Shown here: positions 28,791 to 38,226 of the stretch, in pieces | How positions within the stretch are numbered: the stretch's first letter is position 1 | How the letters are laid out: each line of letters opens with the position of its first letter | NCBI GenBank assembly: GCA_035510735.1 | Contig: DATKGN010000013.1 | Coordinates: 64,596 to 128,595 of the forward strand | Reading direction: 5' to 3' | DNA from: Patescibacteria group bacterium | GTDB taxonomy: Bacteria > Patescibacteriota > Microgenomatia > UBA10105 > UBA927 | Length of the DNA: 64,000 nucleotides | Translations under genes and position numbers: made by a program | The notes under the pieces: generated by a model | Databases searched by the model: none | What the model saw: the letters and a program-made list of their open reading frames with translations, nothing else | What the model was told of the DNA's origin: nothing

Positions 28791-29948
28791 CTAAAATAGA
28801 GGTTTATGACGAATCATCCGCTGGGTAGCATACAGAATCATAGACAATCCGATAGGTATAAGAGTCACCCACAACTCAATAGTCGGTACCGGTTTATTCC
28901 AGTCCCCGTAATAAAAATAGGGCGCATAGCGAAGAAGAAGTCCTAAGGAAACCCCGAAGGCCACAATGATACTTACTTCGTTATCAGGTAGAAGCGCAAT
29001 AAACGGCATAATCCATATAAAATACCATGCAAGTACTTCGCGCTGAAATAAGACGAGAATTAGTCCGACACACATCGCGATAAGCGCGAATATCCGCCGG
29101 TAGCCAAAAACGATGACAGGATAAAGAAACAGGGTCATTAACTTTGCCCCGACGGAAAGAGCCAGGAATAAATATGCCAGTATTCGTTTTTTTGTGATGT
29201 AAAAAAACAGTGACATCATTGCAAACGCCATCATCTCAATATCGTTATGTGCGCTTACCAATGTCTCAAAAATAACGAGCGGATTAAGGGCAAAAATCGC
29301 AACCCCGAGATCTCTTTTGTCCACATCAAGGATATCTAATATTTTTGCAATAAACCAGATGGTGAGAAGATAAAACCCGAGGGCAAGAAGCTTGAAATTC
29401 TCAAGAATAAGGAGAAAGTAACCAAATCCGAGTATATACGCCGGAAGACTGATAAAAATCCAGAGCGGTGTGTAGGCGCTTGGAAGATGTGTCCAGCGCA
29501 TAAATGAAAGCCATGGTTCAACTCCGGTAAACTGCAGAGGGATAACCATATACGGATTCTTGTGATAGACAAGCACTGTTTTTGCCGTAAACATGTAATT
29601 ATATATGTCATATGAAAAGGCAGGATATGAAAAAATGGTCAAAACAGAAAGAACGATGATGATCGTCCATAACTGTTTCGTTGAAATCAATTTACGTTTT
29701 ACTGCAATAAGCGCAATCGCATAAAGTGCGAAATAAACGATCAGTAACCCGATAAACCAACTTGTCGCGACCGGACGCTGGTAAAATCCGATATGTTGAA
29801 ATATTTTTTCGATCATCTGGAAGATACTAACCTGGCTTAGGGTTAAACTTAAATCAACCTGGGTATAAGAAAATAAAAACAAGCCGATACTTACAAGTGA
29901 GTAGGTGCCTAACAAAAATGGAAATAGTGATGCGCGTCTTCTTGTCAT
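28791..29948 (-). CDS. Polytopic membrane protein, GT-C-like (DUF2029/GT87-like, tentative). Paralog of the edge gene 1..988.
   Basis: 385 aa with about 10 TM segments. It shares the motifs 'VLVYHKNPY', 'HLPSAYTPLW', 'ALNPLVIFETLVSAHND' with 1..988. Confidence 0.5.
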   Translation of the reverse strand: MTRRRASLFPFLLGTYSLVSIGLFLFSYTQVDLSLTLSQVSIFQMIEKIFQHIGFYQRPVATSWFIGLLIVYFALYAIALIAVKRKLISTKQLWTIIIVLSVLTIFSYPAFSYDIYNYMFTAKTVLVYHKNPYMVIPLQFTGVEPWLSFMRWTHLPSAYTPLWIFISLPAYILGFGYFLLILENFKLLALGFYLLTIWFIAKILDILDVDKRDLGVAIFALNPLVIFETLVSAHNDIEMMAFAMMSLFFYITKKRILAYLFLALSVGAKLMTLFLYPVIVFGYRRIFALIAMCVGLILVLFQREVLAWYFIWIMPFIALLPDNEVSIIVAFGVSLGLLLRYAPYFYYGDWNKPVPTIELWVTLIPIGLSMILYATQRMIRHKPLF

Positions 29949-29951
29949 GAC

Positions 29952-30695
29952 TTATGTATAATACCCTTTCCATGCGTTGTAACGGATCCGCAAAATATCA
30001 ACGAGTCCCTGAATAGAGTCAGTAATGGGATTGACACGCCTTGTCTCCACATAGTGCCATTCGACCGGAACCTCTTTGATTTTATATCCCCGTTTTTTTG
30101 CAAGAAAAATTACCTCAATATCAAAGCCCGCGGTCACCATGGAACCAGCGACTTTATGTTTTTCACCATATAGCCGCAAACTATGAAATATATCTTTTGC
30201 AACCTCACGTTTAAACGCCTTAAACCCGCACTGTGTATCAATAATACCCTTAAGTCCTAAAATCGAACCCCGCAGCATCATAAAACCGCGGGCCATCAAA
30301 AGCCGGAAGAATGGTGCTCCCTCACGTTTTGAACTCCTTGAACCGATAACGACATCAAAGTCTTGTTCAAAATACGGCAGTATCCTCTCAACCTCACAAA
30401 TCGGCGTTGCCTGGTCAAGATCGGTAAACAGCACGATATCGCCTTTAGCTGTCAACATACCAGTCATTACTGTACTTGCCTTACCCATATGCGGATTATG
30501 GATAACACGAAAATTCTTATTCGTATGAGTAAAATCATCAAGAAGTTTTGACGATCCGTCAATCGACCCGTCATCAACAAGAATTACTTCCCACGAATAC
30601 GGCTGATGCTCGAGATATAACGACACTTTATCGAGCGACCCCAACCGGATATTTTTTTCTTCGTTATATGCCGGAATAACAACGGATAATTGCAT
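29952..30695 (-). CDS. GT2 polyprenol-phosphate sugar synthase (Dpm1/GtrB-like).
   Basis: 'LSVVIPAYNEEKNI...VILVDDGSIDGSSKLL...GKASTVMTGMLTAKGDIVLFTDLD' is the signature. Confidence 0.65.
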   Translation of the reverse strand: MQLSVVIPAYNEEKNIRLGSLDKVSLYLEHQPYSWEVILVDDGSIDGSSKLLDDFTHTNKNFRVIHNPHMGKASTVMTGMLTAKGDIVLFTDLDQATPICEVERILPYFEQDFDVVIGSRSSKREGAPFFRLLMARGFMMLRGSILGLKGIIDTQCGFKAFKREVAKDIFHSLRLYGEKHKVAGSMVTAGFDIEVIFLAKKRGYKIKEVPVEWHYVETRRVNPITDSIQGLVDILRIRYNAWKGYYT

Positions 30696-30703
30696 ACTAT
30701 TCT

Positions 30704-32311
30704 CTACGTTCCTTTGTAATGAACTAGTTTATAAATTTTTACGAACGGCACGTCCCAAGAACCCACAATATCTGCCCTGCCAAATCCGGCAACTTCCCAC
30801 AGAGAGTTCCCGAGCGGTTTACAGTTCATGGTTTCACAAATCACTATCAACTGATTGGTGACCGTCTTTCGGTCCGGATCAGCACCCGCGGGCTCTATAG
30901 TAACCGGTGCTCTTCCCCAAATTTCAAAGAAGTACCGGTACGCATGATCAGAATTTCCTTCGGTGATGAGTGCAAAATTAAACGGCTTACCGTCTGTTCT
31001 TTCAAGCGCTACGCGTGCGATTGTCTGAATCTGCGATAATTGGTTGTTCGGGGGAAAAACGAAAGGGCGTCCCTGCCAATTAAAGAACAGGAGCGCCCCC
31101 CATAGAATAACGGTCATTACTTTGCCGACGGAACCGATCCAAAGTCTTGACAATGTAAACCCCAAAAAAAGAAAAGGCAGCCAGAATACGATCCCGAAGT
31201 AATAATCGTAAATCGCTTTCCGATAGAGTCCGAAAAGTAGAATGACGGTAAAAAACCAAACTAAGAGAAGAAATATCGCCTCAATAGAATAACCGGAATG
31301 ACCCGTCACCCGATCAATAGTTGAAACCCAACTCTTCGCTATTTTGGTCCTGACTTTTTTAAAAGATAATCCCGTAATAAGAATAAAAAGGAGAACGGGG
31401 ACATATATCGTCGCTTTTGTCAGTATAACGAGAACAAGAACATACCAATGCGGATAATTGTTCCACAGCGGCTCCTCAGGAATTCGATAGAGTAACCGGG
31501 CAAAAATTCGGAAAATAACGTCGCTGATCGTAGGGAAATATTGGGCCCAAGAAAATCCGGTGTCTTTACCCGCAAGTAAAAACTGAATAATAGATTTCGT
31601 ATTCGGAAATCCGTGCCGTACCTCAAAAGCTAAAAAGGGCAAAAAACCTATGATGAATCCGACGATTGTTTTAATAACGGTCCGGAAAAAATGAATTCGC
31701 CGAATCTGCAGGAGATACCAAACACCAACAACAACGAACAGAAACAAAAACAGGTAATGCAACTGGATCCCGATCCCTAGGGCGATACCGATAATGATCG
31801 CATCATATTTACCTGGTTTAACCACGAGCTTCCACAGGTAGTAAAGTAAACATAGTGAAAAAAACGGAACAATATTCGGATTCCAGGATGATCGGGAGTA
31901 CGCAATAACGAGCGGGGATGCAGCATAGATACTCGCGGCAATGAGGCCTGCTAATTTGTTAAAAAAATCGGTGCCGGTTTTATACACGAGGTAAATCGTC
32001 GCAATACCGAATAATGCAACCATGACAGCGGGTCCTACCGGGTCAAGTTTAAAGGCCCAAAGAAAAGGCAGCATAAAATAGTAATAAATGGGCCCGAGGA
32101 AAAATCCTCCGACGGAAGCCGTTGGGCCCAAAAGAGTGAATTTATGATTCACAATCATGTGCATGACGATAAGAACATCCCTGCCTTCATCTCCTAAAAA
32201 GGTCATGTAATTCCTAATCATATAGAGCCGTAAATACGCCCCGAGAAGAAGAATGAAGATAAGTACGATCTGTGACCAATATTTTAATATGAAGGGTTTT
32301 ACTGGTTTCAT
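30704..32311 (-). CDS. Polytopic membrane protein with the 'MTFLGDEGRDV' loop. Paralog of 1028..2506 and a likely GT-C glycosyltransferase.
   Basis: The start was trimmed to the internal ATG (MKPVKPFILKYW...) at 32309-32311. The track ORF to 32449 would overlap the upstream gene by 118 nt. Confidence 0.55.
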   Translation of the reverse strand: MKPVKPFILKYWSQIVLIFILLLGAYLRLYMIRNYMTFLGDEGRDVLIVMHMIVNHKFTLLGPTASVGGFFLGPIYYYFMLPFLWAFKLDPVGPAVMVALFGIATIYLVYKTGTDFFNKLAGLIAASIYAASPLVIAYSRSSWNPNIVPFFSLCLLYYLWKLVVKPGKYDAIIIGIALGIGIQLHYLFLFLFVVVGVWYLLQIRRIHFFRTVIKTIVGFIIGFLPFLAFEVRHGFPNTKSIIQFLLAGKDTGFSWAQYFPTISDVIFRIFARLLYRIPEEPLWNNYPHWYVLVLVILTKATIYVPVLLFILITGLSFKKVRTKIAKSWVSTIDRVTGHSGYSIEAIFLLLVWFFTVILLFGLYRKAIYDYYFGIVFWLPFLFLGFTLSRLWIGSVGKVMTVILWGALLFFNWQGRPFVFPPNNQLSQIQTIARVALERTDGKPFNFALITEGNSDHAYRYFFEIWGRAPVTIEPAGADPDRKTVTNQLIVICETMNCKPLGNSLWEVAGFGRADIVGSWDVPFVKIYKLVHYKGT

Positions 32312-32330
32312 AGTACAAGGTGACTTCAAC

Positions 32331-33449
32331 TTATTTTTTCCAAATGACTTTTGAATACATGAAATAATTCCAAACAAGGAGAAGCGCCGTTCCACCAAGG
32401 AAGTAAATAAAATAGTGCCGATCACCATATAATCGGACGCCAAGTTCAATTATTCCAGTTTGAATAACAATAACGCCGAATGCGGATGTGGCGTAAAACT
32501 GCAGGAGTTTCAGAAGGTACTGGCGGAAACCGGAAATTTTTTTGTGACCGAATGTCCATAAATTATTTAAATTATAGTTTGAAAAAATCGCAACACCGGC
32601 TCCGATAAGGTTAGCAACTGATGCTGTGAAATGAACCCAATTATGAAAAATCATCAGGAGCACAGCGTTAATTGCGAACCCAATTCCTCCGACAATAAGA
32701 AACTTAGAAAAAGATCCGGAAAATAATTCCTGCATTCGGGATTCAAAAATATACAGAAAAATATTTTTGATATATTCTGCCGGAGCGATTTTTGAGTGAC
32801 CGTAAAGTCGGTCGGTAAAATGAAAAGGAACTTCTAAAATCTTGGCACCGTGATGGATTGCCTTATGTAAAAACGCTATTTGAAAAACGTAACCGCTGTA
32901 TTTCGACAGCTCGGAATGTATCTCGACATAAAACTTTTTCGTATACGCGCGAAATCCACCGGTCCAATCATTAACGTGAATATGGCCTAAGCCGAACCGC
33001 ACAATTGAGTTTCCTAAGACGCTGTATATTTTTCGATGCATTCCCCAGTTTTCCGGAATCGAGCCGCCTTTAATGTATCTGCTTCCGACAACAAAATCAT
33101 ATCCGCGATCAAGAGCACGCAAAAATTCTGGTGCAACCTTGGGGTCATGCGACAAATCCGCATCTATCTGTAACACCGCATCAGCATCCATGTGGTCAAA
33201 GGCATAGGTCATGCCGCGGAGTATAGCTTTCCCTAATCCTTCTTTTTTACCCGTTATTATTTCAACGTTTTTATGCGTTTTTTTATATGCAACAACAGCA
33301 TCCCGCGTTCCGTCCGGAGACGTATCATCAACAACAAGATAAGATATGGCATGGTTTTTCACCACGCTAAATGCTTGGGTTAGTTGGCTAAGGAGCGAAG
33401 CGATATTTTCTCGCTCGTTATACGTGGGAACGACAACGACAACCTTCAT
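32331..33449 (-). CDS. Fusion protein: an N-terminal GT2 polyprenol-phosphate glycosyltransferase (Dpm1/GtrB-like) joined to a C-terminal GtrA-family flippase-like 4-TM domain.
   Basis: The N-terminal part reads 'MKVVVVVPTYNERENI...YLVVDDTSPDGT...GKKEGLGKAILRG...QIDADLSHDP'. The C-terminal part reads 'FLIVGGIGFAINAVLLMIF...ANLIGAGVAIFSNYNLNNLWTF', the GtrA/PF04138 pattern. The start was set at the ATG 33447-33449; the track uses TTG at 33476. Confidence 0.65.
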   Translation of the reverse strand: MKVVVVVPTYNERENIASLLSQLTQAFSVVKNHAISYLVVDDTSPDGTRDAVVAYKKTHKNVEIITGKKEGLGKAILRGMTYAFDHMDADAVLQIDADLSHDPKVAPEFLRALDRGYDFVVGSRYIKGGSIPENWGMHRKIYSVLGNSIVRFGLGHIHVNDWTGGFRAYTKKFYVEIHSELSKYSGYVFQIAFLHKAIHHGAKILEVPFHFTDRLYGHSKIAPAEYIKNIFLYIFESRMQELFSGSFSKFLIVGGIGFAINAVLLMIFHNWVHFTASVANLIGAGVAIFSNYNLNNLWTFGHKKISGFRQYLLKLLQFYATSAFGVIVIQTGIIELGVRLYGDRHYFIYFLGGTALLLVWNYFMYSKVIWKK

Positions 33450-33457
33450 AAATAATA

Positions 33458-34417
33458 CTAAACCCGTTCTCGCCAATAGTTCAGGAGGTCTTCCATCGTC
33501 TTTTTAAACGGTATCTCAGGTTTCCAACCGGTCTTCGCAATAAACTTTTTATTATCTCCCTGTAACACCGGCACATCGGAGGGACGCATGCGTGCCGGAT
33601 CTGGCTTAATTTCAACTTTTGTCTTTGACATGGAAAGGAGCATTTGGAGCATATCTCCGATCCTAATTGTTGAACCGGTACAGATATTATACACATCTCC
33701 GGGATCGCACTTTTCAACAGCTAAAAGATACGCGCGCACCATATCCCGCACATCTGTATAATCCCGACTGGCATCCAGATTACCGACATGAATAATGGGA
33801 TCTTGTTTCCCTTTTTCAATAAGTGCTATCTGTTTGGCAAAATTCGACTCAGCAAACGTATCACCGCGTCGTGGTCCGGTATGGTTAAATCCGCGGGTTC
33901 GCACTACTCGCACTTTATATGACTGATAATATTGATAGCCCAGATAATCCATGGCGAGCTTAGAAACCGCATACGGACTAAGCGGTCGTAATGGGTTTGT
34001 TTCTTTAATCGGTATTTCGTTTTCGTGAACCAATCCGTATTCCTCTGAAGAACAGGCAATCTGAATGACAGGATCAATCCCTGCCATACGTACCGCTTCA
34101 AAAAGATTCGCAGAACCTACAATATTAACCTCCAAGGTCACCGAAGGAGATACCCACGACGTCGGAACGAACGATTGTGCTGCCAGATGAAATATATACA
34201 TCGGTTTTATCCGCGATATCGTTGCGTAAAGACTATGTGTGTCGAGCAAATCCGCATCCTCAAGATGCAGTTTATTGATAATCGACTCGATATGGTCAGT
34301 TTTACTTCTCGCACGGAGTAATCCATATACCTCATAGCCCTGCGACAACAGTAGTTCTGCCAAGTGGCTTCCTACAAATCCCGCAATACCGGTAATAAAC
34401 GCTTTTTTAGCTGCCAT
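33458..34417 (-). CDS. GDP-mannose 4,6-dehydratase family SDR (Gmd/Rmd-like). It is short-form and possibly a GDP-4-keto-6-deoxymannose reductase.
   Basis: 'FITGIAGFVGSHLAELLLSQGYEV', 'SPYAVSKL', 'FNHTGPRRGDTF' and 'GNLDASRDYTDVRD' align with the Gmd/Rmd family. The protein is 319 aa. Confidence 0.6.
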   Translation of the reverse strand: MAAKKAFITGIAGFVGSHLAELLLSQGYEVYGLLRARSKTDHIESIINKLHLEDADLLDTHSLYATISRIKPMYIFHLAAQSFVPTSWVSPSVTLEVNIVGSANLFEAVRMAGIDPVIQIACSSEEYGLVHENEIPIKETNPLRPLSPYAVSKLAMDYLGYQYYQSYKVRVVRTRGFNHTGPRRGDTFAESNFAKQIALIEKGKQDPIIHVGNLDASRDYTDVRDMVRAYLLAVEKCDPGDVYNICTGSTIRIGDMLQMLLSMSKTKVEIKPDPARMRPSDVPVLQGDNKKFIAKTGWKPEIPFKKTMEDLLNYWRERV

Positions 34418-34477
34418 ACGTCCTCCTTAAAATATGCATTATCCCTCGACTTCACTCGGGATGACACCGAAACGCCG

Positions 34478-35776
34478 TCACATTCTCCCTACACCATAAT
34501 ACATGAATCCAAGCTGCTTTACACGTGTAGGCTCATAGATATTGCGCCCGTCAAACAACACCAGAGATTTAAGACCCTTTGCGAGTTTGACGAGATCTAA
34601 CTGCTGAAACTCATTCCATTCCGTCAATACAACAACACCGTCAGCCCCATTTGCGGCCTCGTATGGATTTTTTGCGAACGAAACATCTTTAGGCAATAGT
34701 GGTTTTGCGTTATCCATAGCAACGGGATCGTAGGCGATAATTTTTGCCCCCTGTTTGACTAGTTCATTGATGATCGTAATTGAAGGGGCCTCCCGCATAT
34801 CATCGGTATTTGGCTTAAATGAAAGCCCGAGAACCGTGAGTGTTTTTTTGTGAAGGTTATTATTATAATGACGAAGAATTTTATCGACAAAATGCTTCCC
34901 TGCCTGTTTATTCACCTCATCCACAGCTTTAAGTAATGCAAAATTATAGCCATGCTCTTCCGATATCGCGATAAGCGCCTTCACATCTTTAGGGAAACAG
35001 CTGCCGCCGTAGCCGACACCCGGATAAAGAAATCCGCGTCCGATCCGCCGATCAAGGCCGACACCCTCCAATACCTGCTCAACGTCCGCGCCCACTTTTT
35101 CTGAAAGAAATGCTACCGCATTTGCAAATGATATTTTTGTCGAAAGCAAAGAATTGCTCGCATACTTGATAAGCTCGGCGGTTTCTACATTGCATAAAAC
35201 TTTTTTACCATCGATAGATTTATGAAGCTCCAATAATAGCTCTCGTGCCCGATCAGACGTAGTGCCAATAATTACCCGATCAGGATGAAGCGTATCCTCA
35301 ATGGCAGTCCCTTCTCGTAAAAATTCAGGAACCGAAGCGATAGCGAATGTTGCACCTTCAGGCTTATATTTCGTTATGACCTGTGAAACTTTTTGATTCG
35401 TACCGGGAGGAACAGTACTTTTTGTGACGACAACTTTATAACCAACCAACGCTTTTCCTATACTTTCTGCAGCGGCAAAAACGCTGGTTAAATCTGCTTC
35501 CCCTGTTGCCTTTGGCGGCGTGCCGACGCAGATAAAAATAATCGAGGACGGGGCCACCGCCTGTTTATAATCAAGTGTAAAAACGAGCCGCCCTGCATCA
35601 ACATTCCGTTTGACTAACTCTGATAACCCGGGTTCATAGAATGGAGCAATACCTCTTTTTAGCTTTTCGATTTTCTCCTTCGTCCTGCCGACCACCCAAA
35701 CAGTATTGCCCAAATCAGCAAAAACGGTAGCTGTCACTAACCCTACGTAGCCATGTCCTACAAATGTTACTGTCAT
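34478..35776 (-). CDS. ugd: UDP-glucose 6-dehydrogenase family (nucleotide-sugar dehydrogenase).
   Basis: 'VTFVGHGYVGLVTATVFADLG', 'ICVGTPP' and 'GGSCFPKD' are the family signatures. The start was set at the internal ATG (MTVTFVG) at 35774-35776. Confidence 0.8.
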   Translation of the reverse strand: MTVTFVGHGYVGLVTATVFADLGNTVWVVGRTKEKIEKLKRGIAPFYEPGLSELVKRNVDAGRLVFTLDYKQAVAPSSIIFICVGTPPKATGEADLTSVFAAAESIGKALVGYKVVVTKSTVPPGTNQKVSQVITKYKPEGATFAIASVPEFLREGTAIEDTLHPDRVIIGTTSDRARELLLELHKSIDGKKVLCNVETAELIKYASNSLLSTKISFANAVAFLSEKVGADVEQVLEGVGLDRRIGRGFLYPGVGYGGSCFPKDVKALIAISEEHGYNFALLKAVDEVNKQAGKHFVDKILRHYNNNLHKKTLTVLGLSFKPNTDDMREAPSITIINELVKQGAKIIAYDPVAMDNAKPLLPKDVSFAKNPYEAANGADGVVVLTEWNEFQQLDLVKLAKGLKSLVLFDGRNIYEPTRVKQLGFMYYGVGRM

Positions 35777-35781
35777 ATCGT

Positions 35782-35812
35782 GAAGAAAAATGTGGACGCT
35801 ACTCGCGCGTCC
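35782..35812 (-). terminator. Intrinsic-terminator-like hairpin between rmlD and ugd on the minus strand. The stem is GGACGC/GCGTCC and it is followed by a U-rich tract.
   Basis: The plus-strand sequence is tggacgctactcgcgcgtcc, with gaagaaaaatg just 5-prime of it. As minus-strand RNA this reads GGACGCGCGAGUAGCGUCC-ACAUUUUUCUUC. Confidence 0.3.
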
Positions 35813-35842
35813 CACCCACCTATATTACCATATTTTGTGCTG

Positions 35843-36730
35843 TCATTCTTCCTGACGTTTCATTTCTTTGATGCCATTTCGGAATGTATGCATTGTGACA
35901 CCCAGAGATGTAATTTTATCATTGGTGAGTGCCACGTACTGCGGCGTCGGAGCGCGGTCACGAAACATATCGGCAAAGGCAATTGATTTAATAAGTGCCG
36001 AATCACATCCGTATTCTGCTGCGATGGTAACTGCGGCTTCAAAAGGCGATATCGGACTGTTCCCGACAACGTGGTAGACACCATGCGCATCGTGAGTAAT
36101 CAGTGCGTCAATAGCATACGCAATATCGTCGATAAAAGTCGGTACGAAAAGTTGATCTTTCGGAGCCGTAATTCCCTGTTTCGATTGTAACCGTTCAAGC
36201 ATTTTATGGACAAAGTCTTTCTTACCTGGCTGTACCGCCAGGCCAACTGGGTGAGCGCGATAGGGATTTGAGATTCTGATAACTAACCCTTGATTTCCAA
36301 GCTCAAGAACTCGTTTAGCGCCTTCAAATTTTGTTTTTGCATACCATCCGAGAGGGTTAGGAACATCGTCTTCCGAATACTTGGATTTTTTTCCGTCGAA
36401 TGCATAATCAGTATCAATATAGAGGACTTTTTTTGAACACTTTACAGCATTATCAATAATTGACTGAGTGGCGGCGACATTTATTTTCCATGCAATACTC
36501 TTTTCTCCAAGAGATCGCTCCTTCTCAGCTCCCTGTACATCGGTAAATGCGGCAAAATGGAAAACCCAATTAGCGTCTGACTTGTCGAAAAATTGTTTTA
36601 CGCTTTGCGCATCGGTGATATCGACGCCGGTCTCAAGACTTAAATTTTCAAATGAATAACGGGAAGCAAGAAGTTCTGTGACTCTCGATCCGACAAGCCC
36701 TGATAATCCCGTCCCCAACACGTTGATCAT
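35843..36730 (-). CDS. rmlD: dTDP-4-dehydrorhamnose reductase.
   Basis: 'VLGTGLSGLVGSRV' and 'DTDYAFDG' carry the RmlD YxxxK/STDYVFDG-type signatures. The protein is 295 aa. Confidence 0.75.
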   Translation of the reverse strand: MINVLGTGLSGLVGSRVTELLASRYSFENLSLETGVDITDAQSVKQFFDKSDANWVFHFAAFTDVQGAEKERSLGEKSIAWKINVAATQSIIDNAVKCSKKVLYIDTDYAFDGKKSKYSEDDVPNPLGWYAKTKFEGAKRVLELGNQGLVIRISNPYRAHPVGLAVQPGKKDFVHKMLERLQSKQGITAPKDQLFVPTFIDDIAYAIDALITHDAHGVYHVVGNSPISPFEAAVTIAAEYGCDSALIKSIAFADMFRDRAPTPQYVALTNDKITSLGVTMHTFRNGIKEMKRQEE

Positions 36731-37743
36731 ACGCCGCTCCCGTATTGTTGTTTATAGTACGTTTGATACGCACCAGTTTTGACGCGGCGCCACCATGATT
36801 CATGTCCTTTGTACCAATCGATTGTTTTCGTTAACCACTCATCAAAATCATGAAGAGGCGCCCACTGAAGCTCATCGCGAATCTTCGTCCAATCCATTGC
36901 ATATCGGCGGTCGTGACCCGGTCGGTCTTTCACAAATTCTATACATGACTCATCTTTGCCCATTTTTGTAAGTATTTGTTTCACAACTTCAAGATTATTA
37001 ATGTCGCGTGTCACACCGCCAATGCAATATGTCTCTCCTATTTTGCCTTTTATAATAACTGCCTCTATTGCCCGGCAATGATCTTCGACGTACAACCAGT
37101 CACGTACATTTTTACCGTCTCCGTAGAGTGGCACTTTTTTCTCCTCGAGAATGTTGGTTATCGCAAGCGGAATAAATTTTTCCGGAAAGTGGTACGGCCC
37201 GAAATTATTCGAACAGTTGGTGATACTTATAGGTAATCCAAACGTATGGTAATACGCGCGTACTAAGTGATCTGAGCCTGCCTTACTTGCTGAATATGGA
37301 CTTCTGGGGTCATATATTGTTCGTTCATTAAATTTATTCGAATCATCTAGTTTAAGCGAACCGAACACCTCATCTGTCGATACGTGATGGAACCGGGAAA
37401 CTTTGTGAGAGAGCGCTGCCTCCAACAGAATCTGCGTCCCGAGCACATTCGTCCGCACGAAAGGCATCGGATCGTGAATCGATCGGTCCACATGACTTTC
37501 TGCGGCAAAATGCACGACGACATCTACGCCTTTCATCGCACGGTTTACTACATCAGGATTACAAATATCTCCGTGTATGAATGTATATCGTGGATTTTTT
37601 TCGACCTCAACGAGGTTTTCTAAATTCCCTGCATACGTTAAGGCATCAAGGTTGACAACTTCATCTCCCGAATGTCCCCGCATCCAATAAAGAATGAAGT
37701 TGGATCCGATAAACCCTGCGCCGCCGGTTACAAGTAATTTCAT
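36727..37743 (-). CDS. rmlB: dTDP-glucose 4,6-dehydratase.
   Basis: 'MKLLVTGGAGFIGSNF', 'HFAAESHVDRSI' and 'YSASKAGSDHLVRAY' are the RmlB signatures. Confidence 0.85.
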   Translation of the reverse strand: MKLLVTGGAGFIGSNFILYWMRGHSGDEVVNLDALTYAGNLENLVEVEKNPRYTFIHGDICNPDVVNRAMKGVDVVVHFAAESHVDRSIHDPMPFVRTNVLGTQILLEAALSHKVSRFHHVSTDEVFGSLKLDDSNKFNERTIYDPRSPYSASKAGSDHLVRAYYHTFGLPISITNCSNNFGPYHFPEKFIPLAITNILEEKKVPLYGDGKNVRDWLYVEDHCRAIEAVIIKGKIGETYCIGGVTRDINNLEVVKQILTKMGKDESCIEFVKDRPGHDRRYAMDWTKIRDELQWAPLHDFDEWLTKTIDWYKGHESWWRRVKTGAYQTYYKQQYGSGV

Positions 37744-37749
37744 AGAGGA

Positions 37750-38226
37750 TTACGTAATCTTCTTATTTGTAATAGGTAGACCCTTCGTCCAATCATATCC
37801 GATTTCGGGATCGTTATATGGAATTCGTCCTTCTTCGGCCAAAGAATAAACACCGCTTGTCACATAGACAAGATCAGCAGGACCCTTTAACACCTTGAGT
37901 CCGTGGGCGACACCGGCCGGAATCTTCAGCACGATATTCGGTTTACCTGGCTCACCCAGAATAAATTCGTTTAATTCCTTATACGTTTTTGAGGATTTTC
38001 TCACGTCATACACTGCTGCCTTAATAACCCCTGATGCGACGTACCACCAATCAATCTGTGTTTTATGAAGATGCCAGGCTTTCACAACCCCCTTTACCAT
38101 ATAGGAATGCGACATCTGCGCAAACCCTTCTGTAAAGAAGCTGTCCGTAATCCGTATTACTTCCTCAAAATATCCACGTTCATCAGGATGTCTGACTAAC
38201 TCTTTGATTTTTACCCCATCTATCAC
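37750..38226 (-). CDS. rmlC: dTDP-4-dehydrorhamnose 3,5-epimerase (cupin).
   Basis: 'HPDERGYFEE' and 'AWHLHKTQIDWWYVASG' are the signatures. The protein is 158 aa. Confidence 0.75.
   Translation of the reverse strand: MIDGVKIKELVRHPDERGYFEEVIRITDSFFTEGFAQMSHSYMVKGVVKAWHLHKTQIDWWYVASGVIKAAVYDVRKSSKTYKELNEFILGEPGKPNIVLKIPAGVAHGLKVLKGPADLVYVTSGVYSLAEEGRIPYNDPEIGYDWTKGLPITNKKIT

Noticed and set aside
30704-32449. A long N-terminal extension of the FLGDEGRD protein (track start at 32449).
   Set aside because: It would overlap the upstream GtrB-GtrA gene by 118 nt. The internal ATG at 32311 gives an N-terminus (MKPVKPF...) collinear with paralog 1028..2506. Similar trimming was applied to rmlA, ugd, ftsX, ftsE, prfB and YfhO-4.
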